Source of the DNA: Phoronis australis
Taxonomy: Eukaryota; Animalia; Phoronida
Reading direction: 5' to 3'
Assembly: GCA_002633005.1 (NCBI GenBank)
Contig: NMRA01000051.1
Coordinates: 933,273 to 997,272 of the forward strand
Length of the DNA: 64,000 nucleotides
Part shown: one piece after another, positions 50,562 through 61,584 of the stretch
How the letters are laid out: every line of letters starts with the position of its first letter
Numbering within the stretch: position 1 is the stretch's first letter
Position numbers and translations under genes: made by a program
The notes under the pieces: model-generated
What the model saw: only the letters and a program-made list of their open reading frames with translations
What the model was told of the DNA's origin: nothing
The model's database searches: none

Positions 50562-53422
50562 GGCTGACGGTTATTATTGTGCGCTATGTTTCAAAATGAA
50601 TTATTCTTACCCTAAGCAATGTTTATGTAAAACTGAAACAAAGATGCAATAAACTAATTGACCGGGCACCTTCATACCGTGAATAATACACTTACAGGGA
50701 AGTCCTGGGCAGCTTGTACCAGGATCAAAGAGAGCGCGGTGCCAGAATCAGGTACAGTTGTGATGACTGCATTGCCCGATGCAAGCAAGACCCAATTAAA
50801 TGTAATTATCCTACCATAAACTGTATTAAACATCTCCGACTGTACATAATGGCAAATTTTCAAAATGCATTATCCACTAGTTTCGTTATAAACGGCAGTA
50901 TTCAGCTGGAAAAAAAACAACCAAGTATGGTTCTTGATTTTTAAAAATCGATGAACTAATATCTAAAATCTACAACCATTGGGTACGATTGAAGATACAC
51001 TACCGCGTGTATTGATATACTCGGTGGATATACAAACGCTGATCAGAGTTAACAATATCACATGGATTCACTTTTTAATATTCTTTCAATCTCTTTTAAC
51101 CAGATTTTGACCAGGAAACAGTTGTTGTGCCCACTTTTCATTTTTTATTATTGACAAAGAGCTAGAATAATTATATTAGTCAGTGCCACCAAAATTGTCC
51201 AGAGATTCCAAATCTTCAGTTTGGTTATCACCATATTTGCACTTTTGTATATATTTTATGATTTGAGTTCTAATAAAGATTAAAGTTTAATGACACGTGA
51301 AATGTTTAGTGTACCTGTAATGAGGTAAGTTTAGGGATGGGCTCACAATGAACTTAACTAATTAAGTTGAGCTGTCAATCAAAATCTACCACTGTTTTGG
51401 TACTTCAAGTTTAAAACTTAGATAAAAATTTAACCCGATCCCAGTAAGAAAAAAAACAAGTGGGCAGAAGCATTAAAAATTAAATAAAGGAAACCAATAT
51501 GAAACTTATTGTTCCTTTGGGAAGTAGCCCTTTGTGAAGATAAACACAAGTTAACCTTTTTAGTCATTTTGTAATGTTTATAATATACCAAGTTAAAACT
51601 ACTCTCCAGAGTTGCAGGCTTAATAACTCTGCAAATGTCTAGAGAAAATCAAAATGTGGATACTAACAACAACCATTGTTGAGACAGTAATGCTAGCAAT
51701 TACCTTTCCACTTCATTAGCTCATATCTACATCAATACAAAGGGTGTGCTGAATAGGCATGGTAAAAGCTGTCAGAGCCCTCACCAGTGTAAGCCAGAAA
51801 TTCTCCACATGTTGGCAGTGTGAGCGCATGCTAATTCAGTGTTTGCTGACAGAAAGCTATTGTGAAACAATATCTGGATTGTATATCCTATAATGGTAAG
51901 ATGTGGGGGGAATCTTTATTTAGATATTCTTATACATTATTCGAATCATTCTTACTGTGCAACTTTTGCGACGGTTTTGCTGTGGAAGAGTAACCTGACT
52001 TCGCGACCCCCGACGTCTCAGCTAGCAAGTAGATTTGCAGTTTTGCGACTAATTCACCAAAATAATCACGTGCACATTATTTCTTTGGCTCACTCGTATA
52101 GTCTTTTAGTGACTGGAAGTTTAGTTTTTTTAACTTTGGCTAGTTTATGTTCTTGATGTCTTCAGGCCAGCCGTGATCGGGTTCTGAGCCACTGGCTGGG
52201 ATAACAAGTGTTTTTTTGTGTTAAGAACTTAAGAAAATCACAAGTCTAAAATTGCAGCACAGCTATGTTCCCCTGTCTGTATTTCACGGACGAATAATTC
52301 GAATTTATCACCGAACGGGGCCCAATACTCCCACGACCGACCTTGGTAAATTGGCCTACCGAACTTTGTAGGCCACGGTATGTTCCAATACCTATAAATC
52401 TGTAACAGCAAAATAAAACAACACATTTGTTAAATAACTCGATATATTTGTAAGGGTTTACATCGAATTTTGTTGATTTTTTGGTGTAAAACGATGAAAT
52501 CAACCGATAAGCTGACACCAGTAAGCGTGTTGTGAACTGTTGAACAGACTGTGTTCGAACCTCTGACACCATTGGTTAATTTCAACACCTCCGTCTGCAG
52601 TCTTGTGTCAGGTAAAGGAACCGTACTTGCTGTTATTGAATGGAACTACTCGATCTAAATTGATACGAAATAGGTTGTTTTTGGGTGGTATTCTCCTTTG
52701 GGAGGATTTCAGGTAATTTGTTGTGTCGAAACTGTATTTTTACTCAAGAATTCAAGTTGCCCTATCGATGAGCACTAGGCAGCGACGCATCAGTCAGCAA
52801 GTTTTTACCATGAGATTTCAGCACATTTTTAAAAAAAGATTGTAATTTAACAACAAAGTTTGATAGCAATGCACCACAGTTTTGTAGAAAGTCTGTCATA
52901 GGTTACAGATACGTCACAGCTTGTAAATTTGATTTCACCTGTTGTCGGAGACCGGGTTTCAACTGCCTTATTAGGCTACAAGCGCCCCCCTTCCGAAATG
53001 AATTTTTCTAAGCAACCTGGGCGAATACGGTAGCCCTTATAGATGGTGACATCAACGCACGAAACAATCATTTTTATTGACCCTGGCAGCAAGTTTGTGG
53101 TGACGGACTTAAACTGCCGGGCGACTGAATTTTGGGCCGGAAGAGTAGATTTTCTGGCTTGACTCGCCCAAGGGTTTTGAAAGCAGGGTATATCTCTACT
53201 AGGTATACGAAAATGGTTTGTGCCTAAAGAGTGGGGTTTAATCTAGGTATTCCGAATTATAGCACCCCACAGAAGGCTTGAGGTCAAGCATTAACTAGGC
53301 TATAGGGGAGTAAGGTCGCAGAAATTTCCTGGAAGGTTGGCCAGGAAACGGAGTCAAGAGTCTCGTGGAAGTCGAGTTGCCAACTTAAAAGTTTGATGGG
53401 TATTTTGCTCTATGAAGTATGT

Positions 53423-53898
53423 TTCAGATGGGTATTTATTTGGCTTTGCCTTAGCATTGTGGCTTCAGATGGGTATTTATTTGGCTTTGCCTTAGCATTG
53501 GGGCTTCAGATGGGTATTTATTTGGCTTTGCCTTAGCATTGTGGTATTCTTTCAGATGGATATTTATTTGGCTTTGCCTTAGCATTGTGGCATTGTTTCA
53601 GATGGGTATTTATTTGGCTTTGCCTTAGCATTGTGGCTTCAGATGGGTATTTATTTGGCTTTGCCTTAGCATTGGGGCTTCAGATGGGTATTTATTTGGC
53701 TTTGCCTTAGCATTGTGGCATTCTTTCAGATGAGTATTTATTTGACTTTGCCTTAGCATTGTGGCATTGTTTCAGATGGGTATTTATTTGGCTTTGCCTT
53801 AGCATAGTGGCTTCAGATGGATATTTATTTGGCTTTGCCTTAGCATTGTGGCGTTGTTTCAGATGGGTATTTATTTGGCTTTGCCTTTGCATTGTGGC
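53423..53898. repeat. Minisatellite, 11 copies of a 41/46-bp unit
   Basis: TTCAGATGGGTATTTATTTGGCTTTGCCTTAGCATTGTGGC starting at 53423, 53464, 53505, 53551, 53597, 53638, 53679, 53725, 53771, 53812 and 53858. Confidence 0.97.
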
Positions 53899-53925
53899 CT
53901 TGTTAAAAGTGACAACCAGGCATGG

Positions 53926-54063
53926 GTTCAGTAGACGCTAGGACCTACACTAGGATCTTGCTAAAATGTAGTCAAAGTCGCATGTTCTCATTTAAAATAC
54001 ACGGTAATATCTCATGTAATCTCGCGAAGTCTTGCTTTTAGCGAGGTCCTAGTGTTACTGAAC
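53926..54063. mobile_element. Small MITE family B, copy 2
   Basis: gttcagtagacgctaggacc...tttaaaatac...ggtcctagtgttactgaac, colinear with 3073-3214. Confidence 0.7.
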
Positions 54064-57000
54064 GGGAGGCTGAGCTAGCCTGTTTTGATATGCTCCTTAA
54101 TCTCACGATTTCTTCTCACTATTTTTGAGTCAACATAAAAGATGTGTGTTGCTGGTAATAACTCCAAGACTTATAATGTTGAAACTAAAAAGTAATGATA
54201 AACTTAAAGTAAAAAGTTTGTCTGGTGAATAGCAAAAATTGGTATATTTGATCGACTTGTGGGGTGAATAGTCACTTTCTTTTCTTAAGTAAACAAGGCT
54301 ATTCGTCACTGTTGGTTGTAATCTAGAATCTTGTGTAAAGGGCTTCCATACTTTAACATCTGACTCCTCAAAGTTTTGGGATTTTCTGTCAGTACGAACA
54401 GTTAACTTCAGTCCTGGATGGGAATTAAGTTAATTTAACATTGCAACTCAACAGTAAACATGTGGTTAGCTGCAGTGTCAGTGGAGTAAACAGGTGATGC
54501 TGTCAACAGCATGTATTGTGGTATTACTCAATTATTTTCAAATGTGACCATTCTACCTCAAAAACCATTCTTATATTAACCGACCACATATACCACATTT
54601 GATAATCATAGCATTGTGCTTGCGAAGCCATTTTCAGAGCACAGTCTTTGATGATCCACACATGAAACTGTGGTCTACTAACTCCGTACCGAAGTCTGTC
54701 CGAAAGATTCAACTGTTTTGTTGGTACTTTATATCGACACTGTTCGAGTTCTGGAGTTTGGCCTTCAGTCACAGTTTCAATCAAAATTTTTGTCATGTTT
54801 TGATACAATAAGGTGGTTTTTTGTATATTTGCAGTTGAATAAAATTTGATATTGGAAGTGTCTGAGTAAGCTGCAGTTACTGTTTTAAAATGTCTATCTC
54901 TTTGCAAACATTGCAGCTTTGCTGATAAACATCGTGTTGAGCAGTCTTTTAAAAAATCTTTGGTTCTCTGTATAGTAATTACATTGAGCAGCAATTAACT
55001 AGTTTGAACAAAACTAAAAAATTGTTGTTTCCACATTCAAGCACTTGCTCTGTAAGTTATTACAGTGTTTCTCCTCTTATTTAACACAAAATGACTTAAA
55101 TATGTTTTTATGATAGTCGGGATATGTGAAATAAACTGAATATACAGACGTTGTAGTTGACAAGTGTGTGAAACAAATTGAGGAACAAAGCGTCATCAAC
55201 AACCCCTCTCATTGCATGTATGCACAAGCATGAGATATCCAATATGAATTGATGAATGACGTCTGCGGTGAATTTACAATTAAAAAGGTGATAGTGTGTT
55301 ACTAAAAACAACCACAGGACTTGCCTGCAATACTGGTCATTCCCAACATTTAGCCTCATGCGAAATAAGTGAGGGACATAATATCATTTTCCATTTAGTT
55401 GACCGTGCAAAATGAGGCGATAGTGCTTGATTAATGAGGAATTACTGTACTACGGTAGCATGACAAGGACATGCAGAATTTTGATGAAGGTGTACCAACT
55501 ATACAAGAGACATGTGCTTGTGGTGCAACATGCTTCAACTTTAGACAGCCTGTGCTGCACTGGACTGTAGGTAATGCTACCACATTTGCCAGGCCAGTAC
55601 TGAAAACACCAGTGGTGAGCAGCAGTAGTGTCACTTTAGCTGGTGCAGTTACCAACCACAAAACTGATAGCATTTTTGCTTGCTCTTTTGTAGCCAGATC
55701 TCTTACTGCATAAGACACACTGCACAGGGGAGCAATGCTGTTGTTTATCATTGCATTAATCAATTTATCATGGATAACGAAAGTGTTTTGTCATGAATTT
55801 TCCATTTAAAAGAGATCAGACCGGGTGACCCAGTGAGGAAACAAAGTAACTGCCCCTAAAATGACCCCTTCACAGACGGAGCATCTGTCTAATGCTAAAA
55901 CTGTAGTGTCACCATTGAAAAAAACTGCTCTCACCTCTATCACTAATGGGAATCTAATAAATAGTGTATTGCAGGCAACAATGTATCCTAAAGACTGCTG
56001 GCTCCAGCGTTCTTGTCCCAGGCATATGAGTTACACCATTTACACCCTGTCAACATGCATAATATCTAGTTCACAGCACTTTTCACCTTTCCTTACTAAC
56101 TTGGCATGTATTTTGTAAAAATGTATTAAATTTCTTCACAAAAGTAAAGATTAAGAACATTCTGGTGTATTACAAGTATGTTTAGCAGTGTTTAGATGTC
56201 ATAAAATAATGTATGCTTAAGTTCCTAACCGCCCATTTTATGCAAAAAGGTTTACAATCACCCTTTGAAAATTGGCCAAGTGACCATTTTGGCAGTTATT
56301 TTTGTACGAAATGAGCGGAGAATTGCCATAAGTGATTTATATTTTATTCAAGATTTCCACAGTCCATGAAACAATTGTTTTCGAGCCAGTTTTTCAAACC
56401 CATTATCTGTCCAGGTAACAAAAATGGCCTTCAAGTCAGCGCCACTGTGACCAGCTGGCAACCAGCTGGCTAACTCAGGGTTGTGTGTGTCAATATTATG
56501 GTTCTGACTTGGGCATTTACAAAGTGTCACAGTTTTTGCCCTACTTATGTCTGACATGTGTCAACACATGTGGGTTAGTGTGGGACACAGATACACCACA
56601 AAATGTTACACTAAATCTACCAATTCAGGACACAATATAGTGGACAAGCAAAATTTCATTTACTTTTTGTTTCAAAAAAGATATGTAGCATCAAATATAT
56701 GGTAGACTGTGTTCAAGTTCTGTACCAATTTGTAAAATTATGGGCATTCACAACAATATGTAAGAAGACCTAAAAATGGAAAAATTTAATTTTAACAAAG
56801 TATTTTTCTGAAATTGGTGAATAGATATTTTAGCATGTCATGGGTTCAAGAATCTTTCTCCCTGTTCTGTTCAAAGTTTCTGGTGCAATGGACAACTCAA
56901 TAATATTCACCAGGTGGCACTAGTAAATATAGGTCCCACTTTTTGACATATAATTAGATTGAGGTTAGATTAAGCAGGTCATTAGTATATGGCGGTAAGG

Positions 57001-59120
57001 AATATCATGAGACTTATGAGAATTAAAGGCTTATTTCGATTTTTGTTTTTAGGCAGCTAAACGGGATTAAACATAGTTTTAACAGAAACTGTGTTTGGAA
57101 ATCCTGCCCTGTTTTTGTGCTGTACATCACTAGATAATCAATGACAACAGGTCGCTTTCCTGTGGTGTCCCTCACACTTGTGCTCTTGAGAAAAACTAGC
57201 TGATTACCACATGGATAAACAATTGATAGACATAAATTGTTGTATGTGATCTTGGATTCCTTCCCTGCCAATGTTGGTATTTTATCAATGAATACATTGA
57301 GATGTAAAGTTAGGTGATGATAACTACAGTATTATAAGATAAAGATTTTCATGCCAACTTTCAAATATTAAGACTTAGTATTTTTAAACATTCAAAGTAG
57401 CCTGATTATGGTAAAATATCACCAATTAAGGACACAATATGGCAGAGAAGTGGAATTTTTTGTTTCTCATTTGTTCTATAAGAGACCCGTCCTGGATGTC
57501 AAATTAATGCTTTTTCAGGCTCATGCTCTATAAAGCTGTCATCAGACATTGTTTTGAAAAAATCTGAATATTCACATTAATGTTAGAACCATTAATTGGG
57601 GCAATTTTGGGGATAATTTTTGTCCGAAACAGTCTGCATGATGGCACTGTTTTTGATTTAGTGTCCCTTGTTTCAATATTGTATTCTATTTAGTCCTATC
57701 TTATTTTACTACAAAAACATGTTTAGGAATTTCCGTTTTGAAGAACTTGTTATAGCTACGCAGTACTAAGTACAGTGAATATGTAAAGGGTAGAAAATAT
57801 CGCTGTGCTGATCTCACGTGTGGTTCCTCAGAATGACCAGTTTGAGTGAAAGACCAGGAAACTTCAGGATTACCCTTGAGATTTCAAGTCCTGTTTGCTA
57901 TACTGTTGATAGTTCAGACAAAGTTCAACAGATGTCAGTATCTGATACCATGCTTCAATCTTAGTGTCCTTTTTCATTGTCATTTCACTCAGTTGCTGTT
58001 AAAACAATTGGCCTTATGCGGAACACTTAATGCAATCCATTTTTTTCTTAGAGTTGATTTAGCAGTTACATCATATGTTGATGAAATCTAGATATTTACA
58101 GTATGCATAACTCATGTGTTTGGTATGCAAGGACTTTGTGATCTTTTGGCATTTATGTCACCAGTTCATGTCTCAAATGCTCAAAAGACTGTTTGTTCAT
58201 GTCTCAAATGTTCAAACCAACATTTGATAACCAGATAGCCTCTTGTGATGTACAGCTGCCTATAGGTGATGATGACGTTTACAAATGGTGAACTTGGCAG
58301 TCCCAGTGGCTTTGAGTCTTACTGGTGAATGGAGACAAAAGCAAACAAAATCAAGATTATTATCTCCGTGGTACGACTCTATCGATTAGCGCTTATATCT
58401 CGATGAATTGTAAAGGCCACGACAATTCATTAAATGTTACCGCAACATGATTTTCCTTCTACCACATTAGAAGAGACAAAGTTTCAGTGGATAAAACACG
58501 CTTTGGTGAAAACGGATTTTTTGTTATGGCTGAAGATTGGGTCTGCAGTTTCAAACGGGGATACATTGGAAGGCATTATACCGTATACTGAATGGATAAA
58601 ATAGAAATTTGAACTTGAGATCTGCAAATTGAAAAATGTTTGACAGCAGCAGACGGTCCAAGGAGTTGTTGAAACGAATGAGGGTATGTTTTTAGATTGT
58701 GAAAAGTGCATGTTTATTGTGAACTCTAAAATGTGAGGCATATTTTGTTTTACATTTTGAAAAGTTTTGTTGAAGATTGAAATGTTAAAGTTTACATTTT
58801 TTGTTATTTAGGCAGTGTTCCACAATGCAAAACATGGTTTTGTTTTTAGTATCACACTGTACTATTGTGTTAAATTTATTTAATCTGGTTTTGTCTATTC
58901 AACATGTATTTCATTCTAATTAATTCTGGCTAAGGAGGTTGAATATTTCTACCCAGCAAAATTAATTGACCTTTAATGTAGCAACCTTTTTCAAAATTGG
59001 AATTGACCAAATGGACAATATTTTCAAGCTTAAAGATATTTCTAGGGCCTCTTTCAAAGCGAAGATGGTACTGAAACTTGGCGGAAACCTTCGTCTCTTG
59101 CTTTCTCGAAGTCTGGTTAC

Positions 59121-59630
59121 CAGGGCTTGGAATTTTCCGCGGAAATGCGGATTTCCGCTTTTTTCAAATGTGCTTTCCGCTTTTTTTATAATATTTCCGC
59201 GTAAAAAAATCGGATTTGATATAAAATTTGCGCGGCAAATTCCTTTCTTACCTCGGCGTTGCACACGACGTTCACCTCGAAAAGCGGAAGTTGCTATTTA
59301 TGTTTCGGAGGAACGTAAATTGTCAACATTGCCGGGGCGTCTGGGACAGCGTGGTGGGATTTTCAATGGCGTCTCGTGTTATTGTTAAGCGCGGCGACAA
59401 ATACTACCACTTTGCGGCCAAAAATGTGTGGGTTGGGAGTGGACGGGCGAGCTACTAAAAGGATGCAGACGCATGCTACTGATGGTGGTAACGTTTTTTT
59501 TTTTAGTCCTCCCGATTTTTGTCGGGGGAAGGTCCACATTGACCATTTCAAGGCTGGTTGTCGGGCATGATTTGGGCCGTAAAAGTTTCAAAGTTTCCAC
59601 GTTTTTTGTCATTGGTCATTCCAAGCCCTG
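59121..59630. mobile_element. 510-bp hAT-like MITE with 6-bp TSD GGTTAC
   Basis: Perfect 13-bp TIR CAGGGCTTGGAAT; identical GGTTAC immediately on both sides; CpG-rich interior with ttccgc subterminal repeats. Confidence 0.85.
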
Positions 59631-61437
59631 GGTTACCAACCTTACATATAATCTCACTAGCAGACGACACTTTGAAGTAAGGTGAAACATGCTTCAAAGT
59701 GAGAGTTATGTCCAGCAGATGAGATTCAATGATTTACAAAAATTATCACTTTGTAGTAACAAAAACAGATTTTGGGTGGGTTTGTGTTGTTGACAGTATT
59801 CCCTAAAGATGTTGAAGCTTGAGTTGTCTGATTGACCAGCTACGGTACCGTAGTCTTATTCAAACGTGCACAGTTGTGGTTACCAAGAAGCATTTACTAT
59901 AGTTTTCTCAGCTTTTATTTCAATGTTGAAAAAGGTTGCCCATTAAGCTTATTCAAATATTCTTTGACTATTCGTGATTGTGGTACCTTACTTGTATCAG
60001 TATACTTATTCAAGGCGTTAACCGAGCTTTATTAAGGGAACAAGAAAATTCAGCTTGCAGAAAACTGGTATAATTCAAATGAACAATTTACGAGAATTCC
60101 TGGATTCCTGCTGCCATCCAGAGGTGATGAGCCTTCGCCATGGTTCATTGCTCAGCTGACTTACTGAATTACCTCTGATTTAATGCAATCTCAGTACACA
60201 CCTCATTGAAGTCAGACTGGTCGCAATGGTTATAATGGACGCGCTGATCAGACGATCATCTAAGATCATGGTAGGAAACAAACTACAGAGCTGACTGTTT
60301 TCATTAGCTAGATTGCTAAATATTGGATGTGACAGTAGTAATGTAAGATGATGTTAATAACTGCAAGTAAGATCAGATGGTGCTGGATGTGTTTTGCCAG
60401 ATGTTTAACTGTTGAGCAGATTTTAACTCCTCCATTTAAATAAGGTTATATGTGTGAGCTTAGAAAAATGTGCAAATTTTTCTAACTTTGGGACATCATG
60501 TCTCGTGCTTAAAGCATGTCAAACGAGGCAAAAATGCGTAATATGTATTGAAAGTGTATAATCTGTATAGAAAAACTGCCACGCTAGCGTGTAAAATGTG
60601 TAAAAGTATGACACATTTCATGAAACGTGGCAAACGTGTAAAAACTGCCACGCTCATGTGTAAAACGTGGCAAACGTGTAATATTTGCCATGCTCACATG
60701 TAAAACGTTTCATTATTTGACTCACAAACATGGCTCACTTGAGTGGCGAAAATGATGACACTTTCATTGGCTAAAATGTTAGAAATAACGCTATTATGTT
60801 AGCCATTCAGATGAGTCGTCGGGCTGTGATGGGATAATTTTCGCCAGCAGTTCCCATGCCAAATGATATCATGTGAGCTCACAAGGTATTGTTTTACTTG
60901 CAACATCCATGTGACGGGCGTAAGCGCGTCGCATGGTTATCACCTATGGGACGCTACCATTGTTTTCCTTTGTTGCGTCTCTGTTGGATATAACAATACA
61001 GGTTGCATGGATATCGTACGTTGGGTGTACATCAGCTCAAGTTACCGATAAATGCTCGACAATATTTTAATTGTAACAAAGAAAACCAAACTGAACAATG
61101 GATATGCTAATCTACCGATTTCTATGCTACCAGCTTGCGCCCTTGTTTCCCTGTGGGTTAGTTTGTTTTTTCACCACCCTTTTTGAAGCTCTGTTAGCCA
61201 ATGTTGATGTGGAAACCACTATCTGCCATTAATTGATGAATGCCACGATAAACAAAAATCTGTTACCCCTGCACATGTGTGCCCTTTGAAGAAAGTTTTG
61301 GGATAACCTCTCAACTGCCAGCAAAAGTGACTCTTGTAACCGTTCACACGGTGATTTTGCTACTAGAGGAAGTGCTACCTAAAACGCAAGCTTTTTAGTC
61401 AATCTAAGAAACGGTATATTGGATTCAAATGAAAGTA

Positions 61438-61584
61438 CAGTTGATACTTTCTGACCATTTTGTTGGTAAGGTTAAGCACACCTGATACTTTCTGACCATT
61501 TTAGTGGTAAGGTCAAGCACAGTTGATGCCTTCTGACCATTGTGTTGGTAAGGTCAAGCACAGTTGATACCTTCTGACCATTTT
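61438..61584. repeat. Minisatellite, ~3.5 copies of a 41-bp unit
   Basis: cagttgatac(t/c)ttctgaccattttgttggtaaggt(t/c)aagca at 61438, 61479, 61520 and 61561. Confidence 0.92.

Larger units (their letters stand above)
49518..52697. mobile_element. Kolobok-like DNA transposon derivative (3.18 kb)
   Basis: Inserted at TTAA (left TSD intact, right degenerate ttgg); 15-bp TIR AGGAGAATGCCACCC, 14/15 match; the empty site is visible in the copy at 18846-18870; carries THAP and P2X7-C-terminal-like remnants. Confidence 0.75.
48805..53030. mobile_element. Family C Tc1/mariner-like element interrupted by a Kolobok-like insertion
   Basis: 48813-49517 and 52698-53030 align in order with the two halves of 17762-19199; right TIR gggcgaatacgg|ta. 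Confidence 0.82.
48344..53198. mobile_element. Outer hAT-like non-autonomous element of a nested cluster
   Basis: CTAGG|CAGGGATATAC ... GTATATCTCTA|CTAGG; subterminal tcgccc/gggcga repeats at both ends. Confidence 0.6.

Noticed and set aside
50694-50752. Possible second THAP end (GKSWAACTRIKESAVPES) between splice-like sites
   Set aside because: Too short, and the C2CH residues are absent.
53423-53898. CRISPR-like array of near-identical ~41-bp repeats
   Set aside because: Units abut directly with no unique spacers, there are no cas genes, and the context is a eukaryotic intron.
54524-55763. ORFs of 156, 110 and 80 aa in the long intron
   Set aside because: No recognisable motifs, codon bias or convincing splice sites.
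58962-59685. Cluster of overlapping ORFs up to 140 aa
   Set aside because: Explained by the GC-richer MITE at 59121-59630; no recognisable domain.
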